Counted from the stretch's first letter, positions 1-10,278 are shown. The stretch: DNA of 64,000 nt from Clostridiales bacterium UBA4698 (GCA_002404755.1 DHKI01000032.1:43039-107038); one strand, 5' to 3'. Program-made: numbers and translations. The notes: generated by a model not told the origin, from the sequence alone.

Positions 1-2118
1 AAATGTTATATGAATGTTCTTTTGCTCTAACTCGTTTTTGATTTCATCAAGCATTAAATCAACGATTTGAAGTAGTTCCGGTTTTGTTAATTCGTGGAAC
101 ACAATAGTTTCATCAATTCTATTTAAGAATTCCGGTCTGAATGTCTCTTTTAAAGCATTCATAATTCTAGCTTCAACAAATACATTTTCATCTTTATTAA
201 AACCAATTCCATTTGTGTTCATATTTGAGCCTGCGTTTGATGTCATAATAATAATTGTGTTATCAAAATTTACTGTTCTACCTTGAGAATCGGTAAGTCT
301 GCCATCATCTAAAATTTGAAGTAAAATATTAAAAACATCATTGTGAGCTTTTTCAATTTCATCAAATAGGATTAGAGAATATGGATTTCTTCTAACTTTT
401 TCAGTAAGTTGTCCAGCATCATCATATCCAACATAACCTGGAGGAGAACCGATAAGCTTTGAAACACTATGACTTTCCATATATTCAGACATATCAAATC
501 TAATTATTGAATCTTCGCTTCCGAAAAGTTCAGATGCAATAGATTTAGCAAGTTCCGTTTTACCAACACCAGTAGGTCCAACAAATATAAATGAAGGTGG
601 ACGTTTTTTATTTCTGAGTCCTGCACGATTTCTTCTAATTGCATTACAAACAGCTGTCACAGCCTTATCTTGTCCAATTAAACGTTTATGAATATTAGCT
701 TCTAAATTTAATAATTTTGTAGCTTCAGTTTCAGATATTTTAGAAGCAGGTATCTTTGTCCAACTTTCGATAACGTTTGCAATGTCTTCAACAGAAAGCT
801 CAAGTTCTATATTACCTTGTGAAATTTCTGCAATCTGATTGATAAGAGCAGTTTCACGAGATTTAAGATTTGCAATCTTTTCATAGTCAAGTTCTTTGTT
901 TTCTTCATCAATGATTTCAGCCTTTTCACGTTCATCTTTTATTTTGTCTAACTCGTTTTTCATTATTTGAAGTTGAACTAAAACCTTGTTTGTTAAATTA
1001 ACTTTAGAACAAGCTTCATCTAAAATATCGATAGCCTTATCTGGTAAAAATCTGTCGTGAATATATTTTTCAGACATGATAACAATTTGACGAATTAAGT
1101 TATCAGAAACTTTAACATGGTGATATTCCTCATAATAGTTTTTAATACCTTTCATAATTTCGATAGTTTGGTCGATTGTTGGTTCTTCAACGATAATACT
1201 TTGGAATCTTCTTTCAAGTGCAGCATCTTTTTCTATATATTTTCTATACTCTTTAAGAGTAGTAGTACCGATAACTTGGACTTCGCCATTAGAAAGAGCT
1301 GGTTTTAGAATATTCGCTGCATTCATTGTGTGTTCTGTATCACCACCAGCACCAACAATATTATGGATTTCGTCAAATACTAAAATAATATTTCCATTAT
1401 CTCTACATTCTTGGATAAGTGATTTCATTCTAGCTTCAAATTGACCTCTGAATTGAGTGCCAGCAACCATAGCTGTCATATCAATTTGATAAATCTCTTT
1501 ATCAAGTAATTTTGCCGGAACATCTTGAGCTACAATTCTAAGTGCTAAGCCTTGAGCAATAGCAGTTTTACCAACACCAGGTTCACCAATTAGAACAGGG
1601 TTATTTTTAGTACGTCTATTTAGAATTTGTGTCATTCTTTCAATTTCTGCATCTCTACCAATCAATTTATCTATTTTTCCTTCACGAGCCTTTTGGGTTA
1701 AATTTGTGCCAAAAGCCTCTAAAGTTTTTCTCTTTTTTTCTTTGTTTGTCTTTTTATCTGTATTAGATGATTTTACTTTGCTTTCACTATTTTGCGTATC
1801 CGAATCTGATGGAAACATGTTTGAAAACATGCTTGCAAATGGGTTTGAACCATCTTCGTGTTTAAAACTTTCCATAAGTTCATCAGGGAATGGAGCATTT
1901 TCTTCGGAAATAGATGAAACTATTTCATTAAATTGCTCATTTAAGTTTGCAATATCATCTTCAGAAGCACCATATTGTTTCATCATAGATGCAAGTGGAT
2001 TTATGCCTCTATCTTTCGCACAAGAAAGGCAAAGCCCTTCAAGACTTGGCTTACCATCTACAATCTTATTAACAAAAACAACAGCAGTGTTTTTCTTACA
2101 TACTGAGCATAATGCCAT
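1..2118 (-). CDS. clpE: AAA+ Clp ATPase of the ClpE type, N-terminal part; the gene continues past the window edge
   Basis: Reverse-strand translation from the ATG at 2118 gives MALCSVCKKNTAVVFVNKIVDGKPSLEGLCLSCAK, a 4-Cys zinc ribbon typical of ClpE. It is followed by Walker A (GEPGVGKTAIAQGLA) and a second AAA module (GPTGVGKTELAKSIA). AAGGAG RBS lies 10 nt upstream. No stop inside the window, which is why it is absent from the ORF track. Confidence 0.8.
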   Translation of the reverse strand, partial: MALCSVCKKNTAVVFVNKIVDGKPSLEGLCLSCAKDRGINPLASMMKQYGASEDDIANLNEQFNEIVSSISEENAPFPDELMESFKHEDGSNPFASMFSNMFPSDSDTQNSESKVKSSNTDKKTNKEKKRKTLEAFGTNLTQKAREGKIDKLIGRDAEIERMTQILNRRTKNNPVLIGEPGVGKTAIAQGLALRIVAQDVPAKLLDKEIYQIDMTAMVAGTQFRGQFEARMKSLIQECRDNGNIILVFDEIHNIVGAGGDTEHTMNAANILKPALSNGEVQVIGTTTLKEYRKYIEKDAALERRFQSIIVEEPTIDQTIEIMKGIKNYYEEYHHVKVSDNLIRQIVIMSEKYIHDRFLPDKAIDILDEACSKVNLTNKVLVQLQIMKNELDKIKDEREKAEIIDEENKELDYEKIANLKSRETALINQIAEISQGNIELELSVEDIANVIESWTKIPASKISETEATKLLNLEANIHKRLIGQDKAVTAVCNAIRRNRAGLRNKKRPPSFIFVGPTGVGKTELAKSIASELFGSEDSIIRFDMSEYMESHSVSKLIGSPPGYVGYDDAGQLTEKVRRNPYSLILFDEIEKAHNDVFNILLQILDDGRLTDSQGRTVNFDNTIIIMTSNAGSNMNTNGIGFNKDENVFVEARIMNALKETFRPEFLNRIDETIVFHELTKPELLQIVDLMLDEIKNELEQKNIHITF

Positions 2119-2315
2119 TTAACATAACTCCTTTATAAAATAAATTGCGTGAAAGCACTAAAAAAGTGCTAAACATACAAATACATCTTAGCAAAACAAG
2201 GGGGAAAAGTCAATGTATCAAAAACTTGTTGCATTACGTAGATAAATAATATAAAATGTCAAATGGAGTAAGAATTTTGCATTATAGCCTAAATTATTTA
2301 ATGGAGGAAAAATGT

Positions 2316-3500
2316 ATGAATGTAAAGGTTTTGGGAACTACTCACGTTGGATATTTTCTTGCAAAAGAAGAGGCTTTGGATTTTGGTGGAAAAGCAGCAG
2401 GTGTATGTTATATGCCAAGCGACTTTGAAACCCTCATGAATGAGCCTAAGGAGAAAACACTCGCAAGAGTGAACGACACACTAAAGTCCGGACATCATAG
2501 TGTATACGACCATGTCTCGTATAACTTGCTTTTCGAGAGCATTCCGAAAATCTTGGCGATGGTTTTAAACAACGAAGGTATTTATACCACGTCGGAAAAG
2601 TCTGCACGTTACACCAAAATGAAGCCTTCTGAGGAGGAGCTTTTTCTTTACAACAAGTGGAATGATATTTTCAAAGGATTGATTACCGAGAAATACTTTG
2701 AAAAGTATCTTGCATATTTTGATGGAAACGAGAAGAGAGCAACCAATGCGGTAAAGAAACTTGCACAGGAAAATGCAAGGTACATGATAAGTGTATTTAC
2801 GCCTACGACTATGATTTATTCGGTAAGTTTTAGGCAAATAAACTATATCGTGTCTTTCTTTGAAGAGTTCATCGAAACATCAGAGGATACTTCATTTAAC
2901 CAAAAGTTGAAAGGAGCTATGCTCGAGTTTATAGAAAAGCTTCCCGCTGAAATAAAAGAACCGCTTTTGACAGCTTCTGAAAAGGGCAGAAAGATTTCGC
3001 TTTTTGACAGCAGAGTAGAAAGAAAAGAAGAATTTTCCGAGAACTACTGCACAACCTACAAAGGAACCTTTGCCGAACTTGCACAGGCACAAAGACATAG
3101 GACGCTTGACTACAAGATGAGATTTTTGCCTGAAGCAGAATTCTATGTTCCTGAGATTTTAAAACAAAGCGATGAGCTTTCAAAAGAATGGACGAAAGAC
3201 ATTACGTCTATTGCACATGTCTATCCTCAGGGAATGCTTGTTAGTATAAGAGAAAGAGGAACCTACGAAAAATTCATACTAAAGTGTTATGAAAGACTTT
3301 GCGGATGTGCACAGCTTGAAATAGCACTTCAAACCAAAAAGACTCTTGATAACTATCTTGAGCAAACAAAAGAAACGAACGTAGAAGTATACGAAGAACT
3401 TGAAAAAATCTCGAAAGGTGCTCGTTGCACATTCCCTTGCTTCAAATGTAACAAGAGATGTGTTTGGGGAGCAAAAGAAGCTTTAACAAGAAAAATTTAA
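2316..3500 (+). CDS. ThyX-like flavin-dependent thymidylate synthase family protein with a long C-terminal extension; elevated GC
   Basis: SGHHSVYDHVSYNLLFE resembles the ThyX SGHxSVLEH motif, and an RHR motif is present (AQRHRTLD). GGAGG RBS sits 9 nt before the ATG at 2316; the ORF track starts earlier at 2256. At 414 aa it is much longer than a canonical ThyX. GC is about 40 % against about 29 % background. Confidence 0.45.
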   Translation: MNVKVLGTTHVGYFLAKEEALDFGGKAAGVCYMPSDFETLMNEPKEKTLARVNDTLKSGHHSVYDHVSYNLLFESIPKILAMVLNNEGIYTTSEKSARYTKMKPSEEELFLYNKWNDIFKGLITEKYFEKYLAYFDGNEKRATNAVKKLAQENARYMISVFTPTTMIYSVSFRQINYIVSFFEEFIETSEDTSFNQKLKGAMLEFIEKLPAEIKEPLLTASEKGRKISLFDSRVERKEEFSENYCTTYKGTFAELAQAQRHRTLDYKMRFLPEAEFYVPEILKQSDELSKEWTKDITSIAHVYPQGMLVSIRERGTYEKFILKCYERLCGCAQLEIALQTKKTLDNYLEQTKETNVEVYEELEKISKGARCTFPCFKCNKRCVWGAKEALTRKI

Positions 3501-3537
3501 GCAACAAGAAGTTTTAAGCTTCGAATAAAAGTCAAAT

Positions 3538-3588
3538 ATGGCTGAGTATTTAAGGAGAAATCCCAAAATACTCAGCCATTTGCTTTAT
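3538..3588. terminator. Bidirectional rho-independent terminator between the ThyX-like gene (+) and nth (-)
   Basis: Perfect 12-bp stem atggctgagtat / atactcagccat with an 18-nt loop, followed by ttgcttta. Confidence 0.5.
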
Positions 3589-3614
3589 CCTAAAGTGAAA
3601 AGGATATATATTTT

Positions 3615-4238
3615 TTATTTTTTCTTACAAAATCTTTTAACACTACACTCATCGCACTTAGGCTTTTGTGCTGTACAAATTGCACGACCATGATATACCA
3701 ATAAATGATTCATTAAAGGCCAATATTTCTTTGGAATCTTTTTTAACAAGTCTTGTTCAACTTTTGATGCTTCTTTTTCTTTAGATAGTCCAAGTCTATT
3801 TGAAAGCCTAAGGGCATGCGTATCTACTGCAATACCTTCACATTTGTTGAATGCTTCTAACATTATTACATTAGCACTTTTTCTTCCAATGCCTGAAAGT
3901 GTCGTTAAATCCTTCATTTCGTTTGGAACGATACCATTATACTTTTCTATAATTTGAATTGAACATTCTTTTATATGCTTTGCTTTATTTCTATAAAAAC
4001 TAATAGAAGAGATTAGCTTTTCAATTTCTTTAGTATCCATTTTTGCAAACTGCTCTGGTGTGTTTGCAACTTTGAATAAATCTTTTGTGACGATATTTAC
4101 CCTCGCATCTGTGCATTGGGCAGAGAGCATAACGGCAACCAAAAGCTCAAATGGTGATGTAAAATCAAGAGAGCCTTTTTCGCCATCGTAGCATTTAGAA
4201 AGTTCTAGTATAAATTCTTCTATTTCACTTTTTTTCAT
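3615..4238 (-). CDS. nth: Endonuclease III (DNA glycosylase/AP lyase)
   Basis: HhH-GPD motif LSGIGRKSANVIML and a C-terminal 4-Cys Fe-S cluster loop CTAQKPKCDECSVKRFC; 207 aa. Confidence 0.9.
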   Translation of the reverse strand: MKKSEIEEFILELSKCYDGEKGSLDFTSPFELLVAVMLSAQCTDARVNIVTKDLFKVANTPEQFAKMDTKEIEKLISSISFYRNKAKHIKECSIQIIEKYNGIVPNEMKDLTTLSGIGRKSANVIMLEAFNKCEGIAVDTHALRLSNRLGLSKEKEASKVEQDLLKKIPKKYWPLMNHLLVYHGRAICTAQKPKCDECSVKRFCKKK

Positions 4239-4409
4239 AACAATTCCTCGTTTCTAAATCCGATTTAAAATATCATATTTTTATGTAGTTTAAATTAAAT
4301 ATTTACCACCTTGTTTTTTTACACTACTATTTAAAAAACATCTTGGACATACACTAATCAGATTTTACTACATAGAATATAGTAAATCAACGGTAAAAGG
4401 AGGTAGTAT

Positions 4410-4556
4410 ATGAATTTTTTGAAAAAGACATGTGCAGTGTGCATGGTTGGTTTTGGCCTTGGGGTGCTACTTGTGTTACTACTTCCAATTACGGGGTGGA
4501 TAGTTTTAATTGGAGCAGTGCTTTTGATTTTAGGTTTAGCATGGCTATGTAGATAA
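4410..4556 (+). CDS. Small hydrophobic protein (48 aa, 2 predicted TM helices)
   Basis: Strong RBS aaaggaggtagtat-ATG; translation MNFLKKTCAVCMVGFGLGVLLVLLLPITGWIVLIGAVLLILGLAWLCR. Below the ORF-track length cutoff. Confidence 0.35.
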   Translation: MNFLKKTCAVCMVGFGLGVLLVLLLPITGWIVLIGAVLLILGLAWLCR

Positions 4557-4570
4557 AAGGAGGATGAAAA

Positions 4571-4660
4571 ATGAAAATCGTGGTTTATAAACCTTCAAAT
4601 TTTATGAAAGGAATCTTGAGATTTTTATTTAGAGTAAAAAAGACGGAAGATAATACATAA
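4571..4660 (+). CDS. Possible 29-aa sORF immediately downstream of the 48-aa membrane peptide
   Basis: RBS aaggagg 6 nt upstream; translation MKIVVYKPSNFMKGILRFLFRVKKTEDNT. Supported by the RBS only. Confidence 0.2.
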   Translation: MKIVVYKPSNFMKGILRFLFRVKKTEDNT

Positions 4661-4926
4661 GAAAAATTCCGTAGTAGACAGTCCCTAAAAAAATTTATAT
4701 ATTTTATCTTCACAAAAAGTTTTCATTTTTTAGATCTCAAACAGCTTCACCAAGCACTATGGATGTTCTTTAGCATGAGCAAGACAAAAAACAACAACAG
4801 ACAAGACTTTATGCTAAGAACATCACATATTGCTAAGTGAAGAACTCGCCTTCAAAAATGAAACTCTTTTTGCTCGAACATATATAAATCTTTTTAGTAG
4901 CAAGTAGCTTTTTAAAAAAATTTAAG

Positions 4927-4973
4927 CAAAAAAATAGTGCAGATAAGGAAAAAATGAATTCTTCCTTATCTGC
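4927..4973 (-). terminator. Rho-independent terminator of rpmB
   Basis: Perfect 12-bp inverted repeat gcagataaggaa / ttccttatctgc at 4939-4973; on the minus strand it is followed by a U-run (A-run 4927-4938 on +). Confidence 0.6.
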
Positions 4974-4995
4974 ATTATTTTAATTGCTTATTTAA

Positions 4996-5181
4996 TTAAG
5001 CTCTTTCAACTTTACCTGATTTTAAGCATCTTGAACATACTGTAATTTTTTTAGGTGTACCATCAACAACAGCTTTAACACTTCTTAGATTTGGTTTAAA
5101 TGTTCTAGCTGATCTTCTGTGTGAGTGGCTTACTTGGTTTAAAAAAACTTTTTCTTTTTCACAAATTTCGCATTTTGCCAT
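4996..5181 (-). CDS. rpmB: 50S ribosomal protein L28
   Basis: MAKCEICEKEKVFLNQVSHSHRRSARTFKPNL matches L28 (VSHSH..R.F.PNL). Confidence 0.9.
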   Translation of the reverse strand: MAKCEICEKEKVFLNQVSHSHRRSARTFKPNLRSVKAVVDGTPKKITVCSRCLKSGKVERA

Positions 5182-5274
5182 TTCAAAGCACCTCCTTATG
5201 CCTTTGTTTAATCGTTCCCTACTATTCTAGCACAACACACGCATTTTGACAACACATTTTTTCAAAAAATGCAA

Positions 5275-5303
5275 TTGACAAGAACAAGTGTTTATGATAT
5301 TAT
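5275..5303 (+). promoter_or_regulatory. Consensus sigma-A promoter upstream of recG
   Basis: TTGACA (5275-5280), 17-nt spacer, TATTAT (5298-5303). Confidence 0.45.
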
Positions 5304-5367
5304 CTTCATAGTACATAGAGTATTATATTCTTTAAATAACTAAAGTCAAGTGTTTTAGGAGGTAGAA

Positions 5368-7413
5368 ATGACTTTCTTAAATCAAAGTGTTCAATATATA
5401 AAGGGTGTGGGGCCTAGTAGAGTAACGGTTTTAAATAAATTAGGCATACAAACCGTAGAAGATGTAATAAATTATTTTCCAAGAGAATATGAAGATAGAG
5501 GGAAATTTAAAAGCATATGCGAATTGCAAAATGGTGAAGTTGCTACTATAAAGGCGGTAGTAAAATCAAATATAACTGAGAGCCGAATAAGAAAAGGAAT
5601 GACAATATATAAAACAGTTGCATCAGATGAAACAGATAGCATAATTTTAACTTGGTTTAATCAAATGTTTGTTAAAAAATCATTAAAACCATTAGAAGAA
5701 TACATTTTTTATGGCAAGGTAAATGCGGGAATAGGTAGAAAAGAAATGAGTGCACCTATTTTTGAAAGGCCAGGCGAAAATAAAAATTTAGGTAAAATTG
5801 TGCCTATATATCCTTTGACTGAGGGAATCACGCAAAATGTTCTTAGAGGTATAATACAATCGGCAGTAGATATGGTAAAGGGTAATTTAGAAGAAACTTT
5901 GCCAAGTAAAGTGATAAACGATAATAATTTATGCGATGTAAATTATGCGATAGAAAAAATTCATTTTCCGGTAGAACTTTCGGAGTTTGAAATTGCTAGA
6001 CACAGAATTGCTTTCGAAGAATTGCTTATAATGCAACTTGGATTACTTTCAATAAAAGCAAAAGGCAAAAAAGATGAAAAAGGTATTTCTTTTGCCTCAA
6101 AAGGAGAGATTGACGAGCTTTTAAATTCTCTTCCATACAAGCTTACTGGGGCTCAAATGCGAGTTTGGAAAGAAATCGAAAAAGATATGGAAAAAGATAG
6201 ACCAATGAATAGGTTGGTACAAGGTGATGTTGGCTCTGGAAAAACAGTAGTTGCAACTCTTGCCATGCTTAAAGCAGTAAATAATGGTTATCAAGCTGCT
6301 ATGATGGCACCTACAGCAATCTTAGCTAAGCAACATTATTTAGGTATTTCAAAGATGTTAGCACCTTTTGGCATTAGATGCGAACTGTTTACAAGTGATT
6401 TGACAAAAAGTCAAAAGAATAAATTATTGCAATCATTAAAGGCGGGCGAAATTGACATAGCTATAGGTACACATGCACTTCTAGAAGAAAATGTAGAGTT
6501 TAATAACTGTGGACTTGTTATAACTGACGAACAACATAGATTTGGAGTAAGACAAAGAGGAATTTTAACAGCAAAAGGAGAAAAGGCAGATACACTTGTT
6601 ATGACTGCTACACCAATTCCAAGAACACTTGCCATAATTCTTTATGGTGATTTGGATATTTCAATAATTGATGAGCTACCACCAGGAAGACAAAAGATTG
6701 ATACTTATGCAGTTAAAAGAAACTTAGAAGAAAGAGTAAATAACTTTGTAATAAAAGAGCTTGCAAGCGGTAGACAAGCATATATAGTTTGTCCTCTTGT
6801 TGAGGAATCAGAGAACTTTGACGCAAAATCAGTTACAGAGATGTTTGATTATTATAAAGATGTTTTTAAAGATTATAAAGTGGCAATTTTGCACGGAAAA
6901 ATGAAACCAAAAGAAAAAGATGAGATAATGGCAAAATTTAAAGATGGCGAAATAAATGTGCTTATATCAACCACTGTTATTGAAGTTGGAGTAGATGTTC
7001 CAAATGCGACAATAATGATAATTGAAAATGCAGAAAGATTTGGCTTAGCTCAACTTCACCAGCTTAGAGGAAGAGTCGGAAGAGGAAAGTTTAAATCATA
7101 TTGTATACTAAAATATGAAAGTAATTCAGAAATAGTAAAGCAAAGAATGGAAATAATGCAAAAAAGTAGTGATGGTTTTGTTATATCTGAAAAAGACCTA
7201 GAGCTTAGAGGCCCAGGTGAATTCTTCGGAACAAAGCAACATGGTATACCAGAGTTTAAGGTTGCTAATTTAATTACAGATGTAAAAATATTAAAAGAAG
7301 CTCAAGCCGTTGCAAACGATATATTAGAAACCGATCCGATGCTTTTAAAAGAAGAGAATAAAAAAATAAAACAAAAAATAGATAAATTATTTGACACTCA
7401 AATACAATTGTAA
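5368..7413 (+). CDS. recG: ATP-dependent DNA helicase RecG
   Basis: 681 aa with wedge domain, Walker A GDVGSGKT, DEQH box and RGRVGRG helicase motif VI. Confidence 0.95.
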   Translation: MTFLNQSVQYIKGVGPSRVTVLNKLGIQTVEDVINYFPREYEDRGKFKSICELQNGEVATIKAVVKSNITESRIRKGMTIYKTVASDETDSIILTWFNQMFVKKSLKPLEEYIFYGKVNAGIGRKEMSAPIFERPGENKNLGKIVPIYPLTEGITQNVLRGIIQSAVDMVKGNLEETLPSKVINDNNLCDVNYAIEKIHFPVELSEFEIARHRIAFEELLIMQLGLLSIKAKGKKDEKGISFASKGEIDELLNSLPYKLTGAQMRVWKEIEKDMEKDRPMNRLVQGDVGSGKTVVATLAMLKAVNNGYQAAMMAPTAILAKQHYLGISKMLAPFGIRCELFTSDLTKSQKNKLLQSLKAGEIDIAIGTHALLEENVEFNNCGLVITDEQHRFGVRQRGILTAKGEKADTLVMTATPIPRTLAIILYGDLDISIIDELPPGRQKIDTYAVKRNLEERVNNFVIKELASGRQAYIVCPLVEESENFDAKSVTEMFDYYKDVFKDYKVAILHGKMKPKEKDEIMAKFKDGEINVLISTTVIEVGVDVPNATIMIIENAERFGLAQLHQLRGRVGRGKFKSYCILKYESNSEIVKQRMEIMQKSSDGFVISEKDLELRGPGEFFGTKQHGIPEFKVANLITDVKILKEAQAVANDILETDPMLLKEENKKIKQKIDKLFDTQIQL

Positions 7414-7523
7414 TAAAAGTGTACCAGTTGATAAAAATATGCGGTAAAAATTTTGCTTAGATTTTCACATGTAGTGAATTTGAAAAATAGAGTTACATCG
7501 GCCTTGTATTTCTAGTTAATGAA

Positions 7524-7560
7524 AAGGCTACCAATCACACGATTGGCAGCCTTTATACTT
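7524..7560. terminator. Imperfect hairpin between recG (+) and the minus-strand genes; possible bidirectional terminator
   Basis: aaggctaccaatc-acac-gattggcagcctt, 13 bp with one mismatch; flanking U-tracts are weak. Confidence 0.35.
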
Positions 7561-7642
7561 AGAAACTTTCGATATTATCAAATTTTAGATAATTTCCAAT
7601 AAACCATTTGATTCATTAAAATTAATTGCTTGACTATAAAAG

Positions 7643-7801
7643 TTATTCAGCTTTTATATAAGAACCGCAACAAGTCTCATCTTCTGGTGATCCATTTTTG
7701 CAACAAGCACAAGGTGCTACTTGAATTGTTGAAAGTGTACATTTATGCATATCTGGTGCATTAAACTTACAACTACATACTGAACAGTTTATTTTAGACA
7801 T
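7643..7801 (-). CDS. Cysteine-rich small protein (52 aa, 9 Cys)
   Basis: Minus-strand ORF with a GGAG RBS; translation MSKINCSVCSCKFNAPDMHKCTLSTIQVAPCACCKNGSPEDETCCGSYIKAE. Lies directly downstream of the 440-aa membrane protein gene on the same strand. Below the ORF-track cutoff. Confidence 0.4.
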   Translation of the reverse strand: MSKINCSVCSCKFNAPDMHKCTLSTIQVAPCACCKNGSPEDETCCGSYIKAE

Positions 7802-7890
7802 TTTAAATCACTCCATAAAAAAGATTGTACTTTTGGTACAATCTTATTATGTGCTAAATTTCTATTTATATGATGTAAAATTATTCAAAA

Positions 7891-9213
7891 TTAATCTATC
7901 CATGTTATTTCAGCATCTTCAATTTCATAGTAAACTTTAAACCAGTTTTCGTGATATTTACTAACATATGGCATAGACCATCCGTATGCGTCATTTTTTA
8001 GCTTATACAAGCATATCTTATTATTTTCATTATCTGAAGTTTTATATTCGTTTATTATTGCAATATTTTGCTTTTGAATGCTATTTGATGTTTTATAATT
8101 TGAATATGTTACATATATATTTGCTAATGACAAAACTGTGATGCAAGCAAAGAAAATATATGATAAATTTTGAAGAATTTTATTTTTGTAAAAAGAGATT
8201 TTTTGCAATAGTATAGCTGTAAATAGCATTATCATAAATATGCCAAACAAAGTATTTCTTTCACCATAAACAGGTGAAACAAGCATCATTGCTTGGGAAC
8301 CAATTCCTAAGATAACTGCTGTTACAATTAAAAAGATTTCATCACTATTTAGTTTAGCTGTTTTCCTATTTATAATCAGCAATATTAAAGAAAATATAGC
8401 TAATAAAACTTGTGGCAAATATTTTATAACATAAGTTTTTGCTAAAAATATAAAGCAAGATTTTATGTTTTCTATCATTGAAATTTCTTCATTTTCTTCT
8501 AAGCCGATTCTAATGAATTGTGAAGGGGCTAAGAGGACACTTGCTAGTCCTAAAGCGGATGCCAACAATACAATGATGATTTTTTTATAGCCACCTTTTA
8601 TACTGGATTTTTTATTCTTGATGAATGAATATATTAGCAATAATACTGTTGTTCCAAACGACATCATACCGGCCTGTTCAACTGTTGCTGTTGCAAAGAA
8701 TGCAAGTATTACTAGTGGAAACAAATTTCCATTAAAGTTATTTTTGAAATTTTTAAATAATTCATACATGTACCAAAATAGCATAAAAGTAGGATACACA
8801 TAATTGAAAGAACCTGTAACCCAATACACACTTTGTCTAACTACATCTATGTGTAGCATTAATATTCCAAAAAAGAACACAAGCACTGTGATTAACGAGC
8901 TTTCTTCTTTGTTTGAAAAAAGCGTTACAATTTTCTTTGCAAAATATGCTATCGCAGTGAGCATAAAAGAATTAGCAATAGCCCAAAATATATTTGGCAG
9001 CGCTAAAAATATTGTATCTAAAAGATGAACAATTGCACGTCCGTTGACTTGTAAATAGTGTGTTTGATGAAGTTGCCAAAAATCATTTTTTATGAAAGTG
9101 GCGTAATAGTAATCGTCACCAAATAGACCGATTTGCATGTTAACAATAAAAGTTGCTACAAATAATATTATTAATAATATGTTTGGTAAATATTTTCTAA
9201 AATTCATTTTCAT
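7891..9213 (-). CDS. Polytopic membrane protein, putative GT-C-like glycosyltransferase partner of the divergent GtrB-like gene
   Basis: 440 aa with about 11 predicted TM helices. An acidic GDDYYY motif follows TM1, consistent with the modified DxD loop of GT-C glycosyltransferases. Divergent from a polyprenyl-phosphate GT2 gene. Confidence 0.45.
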   Translation of the reverse strand: MKMNFRKYLPNILLIILFVATFIVNMQIGLFGDDYYYATFIKNDFWQLHQTHYLQVNGRAIVHLLDTIFLALPNIFWAIANSFMLTAIAYFAKKIVTLFSNKEESSLITVLVFFFGILMLHIDVVRQSVYWVTGSFNYVYPTFMLFWYMYELFKNFKNNFNGNLFPLVILAFFATATVEQAGMMSFGTTVLLLIYSFIKNKKSSIKGGYKKIIIVLLASALGLASVLLAPSQFIRIGLEENEEISMIENIKSCFIFLAKTYVIKYLPQVLLAIFSLILLIINRKTAKLNSDEIFLIVTAVILGIGSQAMMLVSPVYGERNTLFGIFMIMLFTAILLQKISFYKNKILQNLSYIFFACITVLSLANIYVTYSNYKTSNSIQKQNIAIINEYKTSDNENNKICLYKLKNDAYGWSMPYVSKYHENWFKVYYEIEDAEITWID

Positions 9214-9285
9214 TAACTCCTTAATTTGTATTTTCTTGACAAAAATAAGTGGTAGTATATAATTGATTGTAGATATGGAGGGAAC

Positions 9286-10197
9286 GTGATGATATCAATA
9301 GTTATACCAGCATACAATGAGGAAAAAACATTGCAACATAATATTTATGAAATAATAAATTACGTAAAGCAATATGATTTCGAAATTGTATTAGTTGATG
9401 ATGGCTCTAAGGATAATACTTGGAACATTATAACATTACTTTCGAAAGAATACAATAATATAAGAGGTGTAAAGTTTTCTAGAAATTTTGGTAAAGAGGC
9501 GGCATTGCTAGCAGGAGTAACGGAAGCAAGAGGCGAAGCTGTAATAACAATGGACTCAGATTTGCAACACCCACCTAAGTATATTTCAGAGATGATTTCT
9601 AAGTGGAATGAAGGCTATAAGGTTGTGGAATGTGTCAGAAGCAAAAGACCAAAAGAAAGTTTTATCTATAAAATTTGTGCAGGAATGTTTTATAAAACAC
9701 TTCAAAAATTAACCGGTGTGGATATGGCAAATGGCGGAGATTTTAAGCTAATGGATAGGCAGGTAGTAAATGAGGTTATAAGACTAAAAGATACAGGATT
9801 ATTTTTCAGAGGCATGGTTAATTTTGTGGGATTCAAAAAAGCACAAATAGGTTTTGAACCAGCTCAAAGAAAAGGTGATACAACTAAATTCAATTTCAAA
9901 TCTCTTACAAAACTTGCTTTAAATGCTATAACTTCTTTTTCTGTATTACCTCTTAATATACCGATTAAATTAGGAGTTGTAACAGCAATACTAGGCTTAT
10001 TTTTGTTTGTTGTATCATTTTTTGCAAAGAGTGTGCCAGTATTTGCAAATGCATATTTATTATTGGCGGCATTAGAACTTTTTATAACAACAATGATTCT
10101 TTTTTGCTTAGGTATAATTGGCCTTTATATAGGCAAGATTTATGAGCAAACTAAGGAAAGACCAAGATATATAATAGAAGAAAAGTGTGGAAATTAA
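9286..10197 (+). CDS. GT2-family polyprenyl-phosphate glycosyltransferase (GtrB/CsbB/DPM1-like)
   Basis: IVIPAYNEE, VDDGSKDNT and DSDLQHPP motifs plus two C-terminal TM helices; 303 aa. Confidence 0.85.
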   Translation: MMISIVIPAYNEEKTLQHNIYEIINYVKQYDFEIVLVDDGSKDNTWNIITLLSKEYNNIRGVKFSRNFGKEAALLAGVTEARGEAVITMDSDLQHPPKYISEMISKWNEGYKVVECVRSKRPKESFIYKICAGMFYKTLQKLTGVDMANGGDFKLMDRQVVNEVIRLKDTGLFFRGMVNFVGFKKAQIGFEPAQRKGDTTKFNFKSLTKLALNAITSFSVLPLNIPIKLGVVTAILGLFLFVVSFFAKSVPVFANAYLLLAALELFITTMILFCLGIIGLYIGKIYEQTKERPRYIIEEKCGN

Positions 10198-10278
10198 TGA
10201 TTTATAGCATGAAATAAATTTAGGGCAAAAGTTAATGAATGTGATAGAACAAATAAGAAAAAATGTGGAGGAAAACAT

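Noticed and set aside
1117-2122. + strand ORFs 1117-1308 and 1706-2122
   Set aside because: They lie antisense to the clpE coding sequence, whose translation shows clear AAA+ motifs on the minus strand.
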